Origin: Nitrospirota bacterium | GTDB lineage: Bacteria; Nitrospirota; Thermodesulfovibrionia; Thermodesulfovibrionales; Dissulfurispiraceae | DNA: 64,000 nt | NCBI GenBank assembly: GCA_963710375.1 | Contig: CAVPZX010000002.1 | Coordinates: 1-64,000 of the forward strand | Direction: 5' to 3' | Part shown: piece after piece, positions 19,277-29,677 of the stretch | Numbering within the stretch: the stretch's first letter is position 1 | How the letters are laid out: each line of letters starts with the position of its first letter | Made by a program: the position numbers and the translations under genes | Notes under the pieces: generated by a model | The model's input: the letters and a program-made list of their open reading frames with translations, nothing else | Told to the model about the DNA's origin: nothing | Databases searched by the model: none

Positions 19277-20869
19277 ATGCACGTTGGGCGACCACCGCGG
19301 TTTTACTTATCAATTGGAATTCTCCTTTTGCTTTCCATCACACTGTTTTTGGCCGGTTGTACTTCTTCAAACCGCACAGACGGCTTTTTTTACTACAGGT
19401 TGAATGCCAATCCCTCAACACTTGATCCGGCTTTGATAACCGATGTCGCAGGCGCTTCAGTCGCGGCAAAACTTTTCAATGGCCTTGTCAGACTGGACGA
19501 CAATATGTCTGTCTCACCTGATATTGCTGAACGGTGGCAAATATCACGGGATGGCCTAAGGTACACCTTTTTTCTTAAACGGGAAGTTCGTTTCTCCAGT
19601 AACCGGGGGGTCAAGGCTCAGGATTTCAAGGCCTCATTTGAGAGAGTCCTGAATCCCCGGACAAAGTCGCCTAACGTTTGGATTTTCGACAAAGTTGAGG
19701 GTGCGCAGGCTTATAGGCATGGTCAGGCCGGAGATGTTGCCGGATTCCGGGTTATCGATAATTATACCTTCGAGATAAAACTTAAAAGTCCTTTTTCTCC
19801 GTTTCTCAGCATACTGACGACTACCCCGGCGTATGTTGTGCCCGTAGATGAACCCATCCGCCGGGGAGACGATTTTTTGGGCGGCACCGGACCTTTTAGA
19901 CTGAAGTCATGGATGCCTGACAGGGAAGTGGTACTGGTGAGAAAAGAAAACTACTTTGACGGGCGCGCGAAAGTCAGGGGTATTGTCTATAAGATAATAC
20001 CCGAGGATTTAACAGCGGTTACTGAATTCGAACTTGGCAATCTTGATGTTATTTCCCTTCCTGCCCAGGCATATTCCAAATTCAGGAAAGATAAAAAATG
20101 GAGCGGCCGCATCGTTTCAATCGAGGGACTTGATACCTACTATCTCGGCATGAATACATCGAGACCTCCTTTTGACAACATAAAAATAAGGCAGGCCGTT
20201 GCGTGTGCCATCGATACAAAAAAAATCCTGAGGACGTTTTACGAGAACAGGGGGAGACCTGCTGCCGGACCTGTTCCCGACCTGCTCAGGAGATGGGAAA
20301 TCAATGCCGCACTTTATGATATATACAAGTATGATCCTCAGAGGGCGAGGGACATAATAAAAAGCGCGGCTCTGTCAGGAATGCGGGTTAACCTTTACAT
20401 AACGGCTGACCAGGATGTTGTTGATCTCGCTGAAATTATTCAGTCATATCTCGCCAACGCAGGGATTGAAGTTGTGATCAGGCAGCTTGAGTGGAACGCT
20501 TTCAAAGAGGCGGTAAACACGGGAGAGCCGGATCTGTTCTGGCTAAGTTGGTGGGCCGATTATCCTGATGCCGAGGACTTCCTTTTTCCGCTGTTCCATT
20601 GCTCAAACATTGGTCCTGCAGGCAACAAGACCCGGTATTGCAATAAGGCAGTAGATGATCTCATTAAACGGGGACAACTTTCTCTTAATGAGCATGACAG
20701 AAACCGTTATTACAAGCAGGCAGAAGAAATGATAATAAAGGATATCCCCTTGGTCTCTTTTTGGCATAGAACGGATTTTCTAATAAAGCAATCATGGGTA
20801 AGAGGATACAAAGTCTACCCCATTTATACAATGGACAAAGGTATGGGAATTGACAATCCGGGACACTGA
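19277..20869 (+). CDS. Peptide/nickel ABC transporter substrate-binding lipoprotein (family 5)
   Basis: LAGC lipobox, TLDPA, GTGPF, WWADYPD. Confidence 0.92.
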   Translation: MHVGRPPRFYLSIGILLLLSITLFLAGCTSSNRTDGFFYYRLNANPSTLDPALITDVAGASVAAKLFNGLVRLDDNMSVSPDIAERWQISRDGLRYTFFLKREVRFSSNRGVKAQDFKASFERVLNPRTKSPNVWIFDKVEGAQAYRHGQAGDVAGFRVIDNYTFEIKLKSPFSPFLSILTTTPAYVVPVDEPIRRGDDFLGGTGPFRLKSWMPDREVVLVRKENYFDGRAKVRGIVYKIIPEDLTAVTEFELGNLDVISLPAQAYSKFRKDKKWSGRIVSIEGLDTYYLGMNTSRPPFDNIKIRQAVACAIDTKKILRTFYENRGRPAAGPVPDLLRRWEINAALYDIYKYDPQRARDIIKSAALSGMRVNLYITADQDVVDLAEIIQSYLANAGIEVVIRQLEWNAFKEAVNTGEPDLFWLSWWADYPDAEDFLFPLFHCSNIGPAGNKTRYCNKAVDDLIKRGQLSLNEHDRNRYYKQAEEMIIKDIPLVSFWHRTDFLIKQSWVRGYKVYPIYTMDKGMGIDNPGH

Positions 20870-20957
20870 TATGATGAATGGGTACTTTTTCATATTTTTT
20901 ACGGAACCGGCATGTATTATAATGGTAAAGCTTTAACGTTTTGAGGAGGAAGGCACT

Positions 20958-21815
20958 ATGAAAAATAAATTGAAACTGGGTGACCTCGAATTATTCTGGC
21001 TCAATGGCGGAAGGTTTGAATTGGACGGTGGATCAATGTTCGGCGTAGTCCCCAAAATAATGTGGTCCAAAAAATATCCATCCGATCAGGATAACTACAT
21101 CCCCATGAGTGCTTCGCCGATCCTTGTTAAGACGCCGGACGCCCTTATAGTCATCGAATCCGGGCTGGGCAATAAGCTTACGGACAAGGAAAAGCGGATA
21201 TTCAGACTGAAAGAGGAATGGAATATCTTCGCTGACTTGAACGCCTTAGGCATTAATAGAGAGGACATAAATTTCGTGGTATTGACCCATTTTGATTGGG
21301 ACCACGCAAGCGGCGTTGTCATGACGGATGAGAAGGGTCAACCAGCCCTCACCTTTCCCTCTGCAAAACATGTGATTCAGAAAAGTGAATGGGAAGATGT
21401 ATCAGAACCAAACATAAGGTCCATCAATACATATTGGCCCGTAAACTCCGCGTTGCTGAAAGGTAGCAGAAACCTTGAGTTGATCGAGGGTGAGACCGAA
21501 ATTGTGAGGGGAATAAGGGCAATTCACACAGGCGGCCACAACAGGGGACACCAGATCGTGAGGTTGGAATCAGGAAGCCAATTGGCAGTGCATTTGGGGG
21601 ACCTTCTTCCCACTCACGCCCACTTCAATCCCCTCTGGGTCATGGCATACGATAGTTATCCTCTGGATTCCATAAAACTGAAGGAGGAGCTGGAGAAAAA
21701 GTACGTTAAAGAAAATGCCTGGTTCACTTTCTACCACGATCCTTTTGTACTCGCCTGCAAGTTTGATGAAAAGGGGAATATTTTGGATAGCCTGCCTCCA
21801 ATAATGGCTGCATAA
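20958..21815 (+). CDS. MBL-fold metallo-hydrolase (YtnP-like)
   Basis: LDGGSMFGVVPK, THFDWDHA, GH, YHD. Confidence 0.9.
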   Translation: MKNKLKLGDLELFWLNGGRFELDGGSMFGVVPKIMWSKKYPSDQDNYIPMSASPILVKTPDALIVIESGLGNKLTDKEKRIFRLKEEWNIFADLNALGINREDINFVVLTHFDWDHASGVVMTDEKGQPALTFPSAKHVIQKSEWEDVSEPNIRSINTYWPVNSALLKGSRNLELIEGETEIVRGIRAIHTGGHNRGHQIVRLESGSQLAVHLGDLLPTHAHFNPLWVMAYDSYPLDSIKLKEELEKKYVKENAWFTFYHDPFVLACKFDEKGNILDSLPPIMAA

Positions 21816-21827
21816 CATGCTGAATTT

Positions 21828-22763
21828 ATGATAACACGATACATTATTAAAAGACTCGTCCTTTTGATCCCGCTCCTGCTCGGCATCACTCTTGTTTCAT
21901 TTACTCTTCTCCGGGCTCTCCCCGGCGATATAGCGCTGAGTCTTGCAGGCGAACATGCCAGTCAGGAAACCATAGAGAGCATAAGAAAAGAGATCGGCGT
22001 TGACAAAGGAGCCCTGAATCAGTATGCAGGCTATCTTAAGATGCTTATACGCGGCGATTTCGGCAGGTCTTATTATACCAACCGAGATGTTTTGACGGAT
22101 ATTGCTCTGAAATTCCCGAATACATTGAAACTCGCCTTTGCCGCTATGGCGCTGGCAATACCCCTCGGTATCATAATTGGTTATGCAGCGGCTTACAAAA
22201 GCGGGGGACTGGTCGAAAAAATCATCGATGGTCTGTCACTCGCAGGCCTAAGCATTCCCGTTTTCTGGAGCGCCATTATCATTATGATTATATTCAGCCT
22301 CGGGTTGAAACTGTTACCCCCCTCAGGCACGGGGAATATCAGGTTCCTCATCCTCCCTGCATGCACACTCGCGATACCGGCTGCGGCAACATTGGTGAGA
22401 GTGACAAGGACAGCCGTTACCGATGTGCTCGGCATGCCTTTCATTACAACAGCCATAGCAAAAGGGTTACCGTTGCGGAAGATACATATACACCATGTCC
22501 TGAAAAATGCAATAATTCCAATCGTTACTATAATCGGCCTCGATTTCGGCAGCTATCTGAACGGCGCTGTGGTTACCGAAACCATTTTTGGGTGGGACGG
22601 CATCGGAAGGTTTACGATGGAAGGGATAATCAAGAGGGACTACCCTGTTATAATGGGATGTATCATTGCCGGCACAGTGGTTTTTGTCATTGTCAATCTC
22701 TTGATAGATGTGCTCTATCATTATCTCGATCCAAGGATAAGGTTGCATGGAAAAGAGAGCTAA
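21828..22763 (+). CDS. Peptide ABC permease (DppB/OppB-like)
   Basis: LPGD, GDFGRS, TAIAKGL, ETIFGWDGIG, RDYP. Confidence 0.93.
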   Translation: MITRYIIKRLVLLIPLLLGITLVSFTLLRALPGDIALSLAGEHASQETIESIRKEIGVDKGALNQYAGYLKMLIRGDFGRSYYTNRDVLTDIALKFPNTLKLAFAAMALAIPLGIIIGYAAAYKSGGLVEKIIDGLSLAGLSIPVFWSAIIIMIIFSLGLKLLPPSGTGNIRFLILPACTLAIPAAATLVRVTRTAVTDVLGMPFITTAIAKGLPLRKIHIHHVLKNAIIPIVTIIGLDFGSYLNGAVVTETIFGWDGIGRFTMEGIIKRDYPVIMGCIIAGTVVFVIVNLLIDVLYHYLDPRIRLHGKES

Positions 22764-23562
22764 CAAGGCTGTGCTGCCGCTGCTCTTTGTTGTCTTCCTT
22801 TTTACGCTATCCGTATTATTTCCTCTCCTTCCCTTGCATGATCCCGATAAGATAAACCTGGATTCTTTAAGCCGGCCGCCAGGTATGGAGCACCCGTTCG
22901 GGACAGACAGCAAAGGCCGGGATATCTTTGCACGAGTCATCTACGGAAGCAAGATATCTATAGGAGTTGCTGTTACGGCTGCCTTTGTTTCTGCCGTTAT
23001 CGGTTTTGCAGTGGGCCTTACCGCCGGTTATTTCGGCGGAGTCTTTGACACAGTTGCGATGTCAATCGTGGACTTTGTCATGTCTTTTCCATCGCTTCTG
23101 CTGGCTATCGCCATAACGGTGGTACTTCCTCCCGGTATTTATACCGTCATGATAGCTTTGGCAGCAGTAGGCTGGACATCATTTGCGCGGTTGATACGGG
23201 GGCGGATACTGACGTTAAAGGACATGGCATTTGTGGATGCGGCAAGGGCAGTAGGATGCAGTGATATAAGAATTATGTTTTTGCATCTTGCTCCGCTTTG
23301 CATTCAGCTGGCCCTCGTTTTAACAGGCATTAAGCTTGGAGGATTCCTGATTACCGAGGCCACTCTCAGTTTTCTTGGCCTGGGCGCCCAGCCTCCCACA
23401 GCGACATGGGGTTCAATGATCAGCGCAAACAGGACCTATGTTCTAAGTGCGCCATGGATGGTTTTGTATCCGGGAATTGCGCTGTCGTTAACAGCATTTT
23501 GCTTTAACTTGCTCGGCGAGTCCTTGAAAAGAAAATACGGGCTGAAAGAATACAGCGTTTAG
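22747..23562 (+). CDS. Peptide ABC permease (DppC/OppC-like)
   Basis: HPFGTDSKGRD, FVDAARAVG, LSFLGLG, WGSMI. Confidence 0.93.
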   Translation: MEKRANKAVLPLLFVVFLFTLSVLFPLLPLHDPDKINLDSLSRPPGMEHPFGTDSKGRDIFARVIYGSKISIGVAVTAAFVSAVIGFAVGLTAGYFGGVFDTVAMSIVDFVMSFPSLLLAIAITVVLPPGIYTVMIALAAVGWTSFARLIRGRILTLKDMAFVDAARAVGCSDIRIMFLHLAPLCIQLALVLTGIKLGGFLITEATLSFLGLGAQPPTATWGSMISANRTYVLSAPWMVLYPGIALSLTAFCFNLLGESLKRKYGLKEYSV

Positions 23563-23571
23563 GGCGAGCCT

Positions 23572-23973
23572 TTATCTTTCTCTGAGCTTTTCCTCTTCTT
23601 CTTGTTCAGTTTTACATTCGATGCACATGGTAGTTACAGGTCTGGCCTCAAGACGCTTGATATTTATCTCCTCTCCGCAAGACTCACAAATGCCATAGGT
23701 GCCGTTGTCGATTTTCTCTATTGCCTCATCGATTTTAGCAAGGAGCTTTCTTTCCCTGCCTTTCAGTTTGAGCATAAAATTCCTGTCTATTTCAGCCGAT
23801 GCCTGATCACCCAACTCAGGGAATACGGTTTCATCCGGCAATGCAGTTAAGGCAATCCCCGCCTCAGATATGAGAGCTTCACGCTGCCGGTTCAGCTTCT
23901 TTCGTATCTCCTTAAGCTTCTTTTCACGCAAAGATATATCTTTGGATGTCTTTATCTTTCCTTTCTCTTTCAT
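23572..23973 (-). CDS. dksA: RNA polymerase-binding protein DksA
   Basis: Coiled coil, GDQA, YGICESCG...RLEARP...CIEC. Confidence 0.9.
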   Translation of the reverse strand: MKEKGKIKTSKDISLREKKLKEIRKKLNRQREALISEAGIALTALPDETVFPELGDQASAEIDRNFMLKLKGRERKLLAKIDEAIEKIDNGTYGICESCGEEINIKRLEARPVTTMCIECKTEQEEEEKLRER

Positions 23974-24201
23974 ACTCCATCCTCTTTGTCTTAAAAAATA
24001 TAAACATCTAAAAATGGTTTTATAAGGATAACAGAAATATCCGCGTGGAGTCAACGACTGCTCACTTTTTACTGACCTCAATCACTTGAAAATACTTGAC
24101 AATTATGGAACCATGTAATATAAAATTATAAAGCGGATCGGCCTTCTCGGGAAGAAGACGGTATCCATCTCAGCAGTTAATATGAAATGTGAGGGAAGAC
24201 A

Positions 24202-24480
24202 ATGACAAAAGCGGACATTGTAAATTTTGTTTTTGAGAAGGTAGGACTTCCGAGAAACGAGGCGCAAAATATAGTGGAAGTTGTTTTCGACTCTATTAAG
24301 CAGACGCTTGTGGCAGGGGAATCCATTAAGGTTTCAGGCTTTGGGACTTTTAATGTGCGAAAGAAAAACTCTCGCATAGGCAGAAATCCTAAAACAAAGG
24401 AAGAGGTGGAGATCACCCCGCGCAAGGTCGTGACTTTTAAGTCTAGCGATCAGCTAAAAGAGGCTATTGAAAAACAGTAG
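24202..24480 (+). CDS. ihfA: Integration host factor subunit alpha
   Basis: MTKADI, SGFGTF, RIGRNPKT; upstream of merR and tRNA-Pro. Confidence 0.9.
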   Translation: MTKADIVNFVFEKVGLPRNEAQNIVEVVFDSIKQTLVAGESIKVSGFGTFNVRKKNSRIGRNPKTKEEVEITPRKVVTFKSSDQLKEAIEKQ

Positions 24481-24484
24481 CCGG

Positions 24485-24928
24485 ATGTCAGAGGATGTTG
24501 AAGAAACTCGCAGTGTGCTGATAATGCAGGATACGTATAAAGCACCCCAGCCGCTAAAGCTTTTTCCGGAGAAACTATTTTATAAAATAGGAGAGGTCAG
24601 CAGGGTTGTAGGTGTTGAATCGTATGTGCTGCGTTACTGGGAGACAGAGTTCTCTTTTCTTAATCCGAGAAAGAGCAAGTCGGGACAAAGGATCTATGCG
24701 AAAAACGATGTCGATCTTATACTGAAGATTAAACACCTTTTGTATGAGGAAAAGTATACGATAGACGGTGTCAGGCGCAAGCTCGGAAGTGATGCTGAAC
24801 AGCAAAGTCCGGTAGACGGCCAGGCAGACCCAGGAGTAACCGCTGAAGCTGCTTCAGACACTCAGAATATCCTCACTATGGTAAAATCGAGGCTTAAAGA
24901 AATACTCCATCATCATTTCGGGGCGTAG
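24485..24928 (+). CDS. MerR family transcriptional regulator
   Basis: KLFYKIGEVS...VLRYWETEF; conserved ihfA-merR-tRNA-Pro context. Confidence 0.9.
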   Translation: MSEDVEETRSVLIMQDTYKAPQPLKLFPEKLFYKIGEVSRVVGVESYVLRYWETEFSFLNPRKSKSGQRIYAKNDVDLILKIKHLLYEEKYTIDGVRRKLGSDAEQQSPVDGQADPGVTAEAASDTQNILTMVKSRLKEILHHHFGA

Positions 24929-24993
24929 CGCAGCCTGGATAGCGCACTCGCTTGGGGTGCGAGAGGTCGGCCGTTCGAATCGGCTCGCCCCGA
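24919..24993 (+). tRNA. tRNA-Pro(GGG), CCA not encoded
   Basis: Cloverleaf: CGGGGCG/CGCCCCG acceptor, CTCGC-TTGGGGT-GCGAG anticodon arm, TTCGAAT T-loop. Confidence 0.97.
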
Positions 24994-25120
24994 TGTTTTT
25001 ACCTTTTAAAATCAATGGTTAGTGAAGGCTGTTTTTATCCACTCCACCTTCACTCCACCCTGTTTGAGCGAAAGCAGGTCTTACTTTGACTCAAACAGCC
25101 TGTTTTGTTATGATTAACCC

Positions 25121-25522
25121 ATGAGAAAAACCACTCAGAACTGGTTGCTTTCATCTGAATATGATGTTAAGACCGCAGCAGCATTATTTAAAAACAAACG
25201 ATATATTTATGTTGTGTTTATGTGCCACCTTGCTCTCGAAAAGACTCTGAAAGCAGTCTTGTCCGAGATGCTCGATGAAATGCCGCCCTATACGCATAAT
25301 CTTAACAGGCTTATTGATATGAGCAATATATCATTGCCGGAGGAGCATAAAGCATTTATCAATAGAATTAATCTTCAGAGTGTCCCGACAAGATATCCTG
25401 AAGATTTTAAGAGACTTTCAAAGGAGTTCAATAAAATCATCGCAGAAGATTACTTAAAGCAGACTAAGAGGATAATCAGATGGTTAAAGCAAAATACACG
25501 GCAACTGAAATCAAAAAAATAG
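25121..25522 (+). CDS. HEPN domain protein
   Basis: FMCHLALEKTLKA, THNLNRL, TRYP. Confidence 0.9.
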   Translation: MRKTTQNWLLSSEYDVKTAAALFKNKRYIYVVFMCHLALEKTLKAVLSEMLDEMPPYTHNLNRLIDMSNISLPEEHKAFINRINLQSVPTRYPEDFKRLSKEFNKIIAEDYLKQTKRIIRWLKQNTRQLKSKK

Positions 25523-25824
25523 TCGGGAACCTGACAAAGACCCTCAAGGCGAATGATATCGCCGTAGACAAAATAATACTATATGGTTCTTACGCAAAGG
25601 GCCAACAACGAGACCATTCAGATATAGACATCGCTGTAATCTCCCCACATTTTGCCGGTAAGAGATTATTGGAGATACAAGCCGAGCTGGCCAGGGTGCT
25701 TTCAAAATATCTGGCAATTGTTGAGCCTGTGGGATTCGCTTCAGAAGACTTCAAGTCTACCGGGCCCGGAACTCTACTCGGTGAAATAAAAAGATCCGGT
25801 AAAATACTCTATTCGGAACAATAG
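25480..25824 (+). CDS. Minimal nucleotidyltransferase (MNT)
   Basis: LYGSYAKG...SDIDIAV. Confidence 0.92.
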   Translation: MVKAKYTATEIKKIVGNLTKTLKANDIAVDKIILYGSYAKGQQRDHSDIDIAVISPHFAGKRLLEIQAELARVLSKYLAIVEPVGFASEDFKSTGPGTLLGEIKRSGKILYSEQ

Positions 25825-25916
25825 GACGCTTCAATCCACCTCCACTCCACCCTTTTTCGCCTAAAATGGTATATAATTCAATAAATGTATATATACATCA
25901 TGCTGGAGGTAGCTTT

Positions 25917-26156
25917 ATGAGACGAACTCAAATCTATATCGATGAAGAAACCTATGGAAGTTTGAAAAGAGAAAGTAAGCTTAAAGGCATCTCAATATCC
26001 GAGATTATCCGGGATAGCGTGCAAAAAAAATTGAGCAGCAGAGTAGAAAGGATAATCAGAGCCACTGACAGCGTAAGCGGCCTCTGGAAAGATAGACGGT
26101 TCGATGTGGACGGGTTTATTCGTGAAGTGCGGACGGACCGGAAGATATGCTCATAG
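25917..26156 (+). CDS. CopG/RHH antitoxin (VapB-like)
   Basis: MRRTQIYI...SISEIIR; upstream palindrome ATGTATATATACAT at 25885-25898. Confidence 0.85.
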   Translation: MRRTQIYIDEETYGSLKRESKLKGISISEIIRDSVQKKLSSRVERIIRATDSVSGLWKDRRFDVDGFIREVRTDRKICS

Positions 26157-26251
26157 CCGACACAGACATACTCATTTGGATACTGAGGCAGGACAAGGCC
26201 TTGGTTGAGCGGTTTAAAGAAGTCTGTACAGGTATTTCCCGACAAGACTGA
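26147..26251 (+). pseudogene. Truncated PIN-domain toxin (VapC-like)
   Basis: MLIADTDILIWILR PIN N-terminus overlapping the antitoxin stop; ends after 34 aa. Confidence 0.75.
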
Positions 26252-26370
26252 ACAGAAGCGCTGCCAGAACAATCGTGGTAACAATAACATATGTGCGATC
26301 CTTTTCTTTTGCAAAGGCAAACAGGAGAAACGCAACCCATGCAACAGGGGTAAACATAAGGCCAAAACCT
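26214..26370 (-). pseudogene. C-terminal fragment of a DUF1634-like membrane protein
   Basis: Manual translation TPVAWVAFLLFAFAKEKDRTYVIVTTIVLAALLFSL; no start. Confidence 0.55.
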
Positions 26371-26443
26371 GTAGGCACCGCGTGGACATGATAGGTTTGT
26401 CGTCCTTCAGAGGACGTTCATAACCGACAGTCTCTAAGCCAAT

Positions 26444-28090
26444 TTAGTGGACAAACGTCGCATATTCGGGCTTATACACGTGCCGCCGTACAAAGGCCAC
26501 CATGTCGGTCGGTCGGTCAACCCGGGCCAGGCCGGAATCAAAGACTAGTTTGGCTACCCGAGCGGCTGTCTGAACCTCGATCTCCAGGATGTTCGACTGC
26601 AGCGGGTACAGAAGACCCTGCCTGAGCAAATCGGCAGGTACCTGGTCCGCCACCGCCTGCCCGGCCTCGATGAACATTGAGTCTGTGACACGCTTCGCCT
26701 GCGTGGCGAAGATCGCCATACCGACCGCCGGGAATATGTAGAAGTTGTTCGCCTGTCCCAGCAGAAATGTCTGGCCGTTATAGTGGACCGGCGCGAACTG
26801 CACACCGGCGGCGTAGATCGCCTTGCCCTTTGACCAGTTGTAGGCTTGCTCCGGCGTGCATTCTGCATGCTCGGTCGGGTTCGATAGTGCAAGGATCACA
26901 GGGCGCTCATTGATCCTCGCCATACTCTCGACGACTTTCTGTGTGAAGGCGCCGCCGATCGTGCTCACACCGATGATCGCGGTCGGCTTGATGCTCTCTA
27001 TAGCAGCGACGAAATCCCGCGTCGGCGCGTGCTGGTGAGCATACGGCATCTGGAAATCGATGAGGTCCTTGCGGGTCGTCTCCAGCAGGCCGTTGATGTC
27101 GAACATATAGACACGCGACTGTGCTTCCTTGAGGGTTACGCCTTCAGCAACGAGCGCGGAACAGAGCAGGCCGGCAAGGCCGATACCTGCCGAGCCCGCG
27201 CCGAGGAACAGGTACTTTTCGTCTTTCAGCTTAGTACCCTTTAGCTTGGCCGCGTTGATCATGCCTGTAAGTACGATGCCGGCTGTGCCCTGTACGTCGT
27301 CGTTATAGACGCAGTACTTGTCGCGGTAGCGCTGGAGCAAGTGCACGGCATCCGCACCCGTCCAATCCTCAAAGTGGATGCAGCACTTCGGGAATACCTC
27401 CTGCACCGCCTCGACGAACTCATCGACAAACGAAAAAAGATCCGCAGTCGACGGGCGCGTTTTGCGCAGGCCCAGATACAAAGGATCATTCAGATACTGC
27501 TCATTGTTGGTGCCTGCGTCAAGATACATGGGCAGCAGGTATTGCGGCGGCACTCCGGCGCAGGCGGTGTATAGTTGCAGCTTGCCTATGGGGATGCCCG
27601 CGCCGTTGGCCCCGAGGTCACCAAGGCCGAGGATCCGGCCGCCATCAGTGACGCATATGAACCGAACGTCTTTCTGCGGCCAGTTTTTCAAGACTTCCTT
27701 CACTTTGCCGCGACGCGTGATCGAGAGATACATCCCGCGAGTCTGGCGGTAAATGTGGCCGAACTTGAGGCAAGCCTCGCCAATCGTGGGATCATAAACA
27801 ATCGGGAGGAATCGCGCCGGGTCGGACATGACGGTCCTGTAGAAAAGTGTTTCGTTATGGTCGAGCAGATTGATCAGGTAGATATAGCGATCGAGGTCTG
27901 TGTTCTTATGGCCGAGCTGCATCATCACGCGCCGCAACTGCAGTTCCTCGGTTTCCGTTACATCGGGTACGAGGCCAATAAGGCCGAGTGCCTGCTTTTC
28001 GGCCTCGGTGAAGGCTGTAGACTTATTGATCCTCGGGTCGTTCAGAACGTTGATACCGCGTTTAGTGTTGCCGGCACTGGAATTGGACAT
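26444..28090 (-). CDS. maeA: NAD-dependent malic enzyme
   Basis: VTDGGRILGLGDLG, HFED, NDDVQGT, LGAGSAG, LSNPT, GQANN. Confidence 0.93.
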   Translation of the reverse strand: MSNSSAGNTKRGINVLNDPRINKSTAFTEAEKQALGLIGLVPDVTETEELQLRRVMMQLGHKNTDLDRYIYLINLLDHNETLFYRTVMSDPARFLPIVYDPTIGEACLKFGHIYRQTRGMYLSITRRGKVKEVLKNWPQKDVRFICVTDGGRILGLGDLGANGAGIPIGKLQLYTACAGVPPQYLLPMYLDAGTNNEQYLNDPLYLGLRKTRPSTADLFSFVDEFVEAVQEVFPKCCIHFEDWTGADAVHLLQRYRDKYCVYNDDVQGTAGIVLTGMINAAKLKGTKLKDEKYLFLGAGSAGIGLAGLLCSALVAEGVTLKEAQSRVYMFDINGLLETTRKDLIDFQMPYAHQHAPTRDFVAAIESIKPTAIIGVSTIGGAFTQKVVESMARINERPVILALSNPTEHAECTPEQAYNWSKGKAIYAAGVQFAPVHYNGQTFLLGQANNFYIFPAVGMAIFATQAKRVTDSMFIEAGQAVADQVPADLLRQGLLYPLQSNILEIEVQTAARVAKLVFDSGLARVDRPTDMVAFVRRHVYKPEYATFVH

Positions 28091-28137
28091 TGGTTTCTCC
28101 TTTGCTGATTTAGTGTTTAACTTTGGCTGCTCCGCTC

Positions 28138-29550
28138 TCACACAGCAGTGTTCCCGGCTACGTAAGGCCTGACCATCTTAGCCGGATCGACAATGGAGTC
28201 AAACTCTTGCTCAGTTACAAATCCCAGCTTCAATGCGGCGGCCTTCAGCGTGAGTTCATTGTCCATCGCGTAGTGCGCAATTTTTGACGCTTTGTCGTAG
28301 CCAATGACCGGCGAGAGCGCGGTCACGAGCATCAGGGAGCGGTCTACATACTCCTTGATCTTCTTTAGATTCGGCTTCGTCCCCTCGACCAGGAACTTGC
28401 GGAAGTTTGTGCACCCGTCGGTCATGATCGTGATTGAGTGCATGATGTTGAAGATAATCAGCGGCTTGTAGACGTTCATCTCAAGGTAACCGCCGGCGCC
28501 GCCGAAGCCAACTGCCACGTCGTTCGCCATCACCTGTACGGCGATCATCGTCAGCGCCTCGACCTGGGTCGGGTTAACCTTGCCCGGCATGATCGACGAG
28601 CCAGGCTCGTTCTCCGGGATCACCAGCTCAGCGAAACCGGCTCGCGGGCCGCAGGACAGCAGCCGGATGTCATTGGCGATTTTGTAGAGCGACACTGCCA
28701 GCGTACGTAGTGTGCCGGAAAGCTGTACCAGAGCGTCGTGAGCGCCCTGCACCGTGAACTTGTTCGGCGCGCTGATGAATGGCAGACCCGTAAGAGCGGC
28801 GATTTCTGCAGCAGCAGCCTCGGCAAAACCAGGAGCCGAGTTGATGCCTGTGCCCACTGCCGTGCCGCCGAGCGCGAGACGGTATACACCCTTTAGGGCA
28901 TCCTCAATTCTATCGAGATTGTCCGCGAGCATACCCGCGTAACCCGACCATTCCTGACCAAGCGTAAGTGGCGTTGCATCCTGCATATGGGTCCGACCGA
29001 TCTTGATGATGTCGTTCCATTCCCCGGCCTTTGCAGCGATCGCATCGTGCAGAGACTGCACAGCCGGGATCAGCTTCTGCTTCACGCTGACCGCTGCCGC
29101 AATATACATTACCGAGGGAAACGAGTCGTTGGTTGACTGCGCCATATTGACGTGATCGTTGGGGTGAACAGGTGTCTTGCTTCCGAGCGGCGTGCCTGCA
29201 AGCTGGCAGCAGCGATTGGAAATCACTTCGTTCACGTTCATGTTGAACTGGGTGCCGCTGCCGCTCATCCAGACATTCAGCGGAAACATGCCATGATGCA
29301 GGCCGGCGAGTATCTCGTCACAAACCTGAAGAATCAGCTTGAAGGGCGCCTCAGCAAGCAGCCGGCCGGCATGGTTCGCGATAGCAGCGGCTTTCTTAAG
29401 CGTCGCATAGGCGGTGATCATCTCTCTCGGTATCAAATCCTTCCCGATGCTGAAGTGCTCAAGCGACCGCTGAGTTTGTGCGCCCCAGAGCTTGTCGGCA
29501 GGAACCTCGACCTCGCCCAGGCTGTCGGTTTCTTTGCGAACTTTATCCAT
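28138..29550 (-). CDS. fumC: Fumarate hydratase class II
   Basis: [26 protein letters not shown]. Confidence 0.97.
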   Translation of the reverse strand: MDKVRKETDSLGEVEVPADKLWGAQTQRSLEHFSIGKDLIPREMITAYATLKKAAAIANHAGRLLAEAPFKLILQVCDEILAGLHHGMFPLNVWMSGSGTQFNMNVNEVISNRCCQLAGTPLGSKTPVHPNDHVNMAQSTNDSFPSVMYIAAAVSVKQKLIPAVQSLHDAIAAKAGEWNDIIKIGRTHMQDATPLTLGQEWSGYAGMLADNLDRIEDALKGVYRLALGGTAVGTGINSAPGFAEAAAAEIAALTGLPFISAPNKFTVQGAHDALVQLSGTLRTLAVSLYKIANDIRLLSCGPRAGFAELVIPENEPGSSIMPGKVNPTQVEALTMIAVQVMANDVAVGFGGAGGYLEMNVYKPLIIFNIMHSITIMTDGCTNFRKFLVEGTKPNLKKIKEYVDRSLMLVTALSPVIGYDKASKIAHYAMDNELTLKAAALKLGFVTEQEFDSIVDPAKMVRPYVAGNTAV

Positions 29551-29586
29551 GATGCACCCTCCCCTTTTCTATTTTGCTCATGAAAA

Positions 29587-29614
29587 ATCATAACGTGTTC
29601 TATGATTTTGTCAA
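29587..29614 (-). promoter_or_regulatory. Sigma70-like promoter of fumC-maeA with overlapping palindrome
   Basis: TTGACA-16-TATGAT; AAAATCATA-N8-TATGATTTT at 29584-29609. Confidence 0.65.
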
Positions 29615-29677
29615 GTTTGGTGCTGTATGGTATTGTTAAGTAGCAACCAAATTTCTTATTAATGCAAGGAGACCTAT

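Noticed and set aside
23974..24081. Long N-terminal extensions in the ORF track (dksA; also ftsA, sulP, maeA)
   Set aside because: Downstream ATGs fit family lengths or RBS positions better; the extensions overlap promoters or neighbouring genes
26225..26245. TGTACAGG at the PIN truncation point as a possible IS tip
   Set aside because: No partner IR or TSD; it reads as the end of the DUF1634-like fragment on the minus strand
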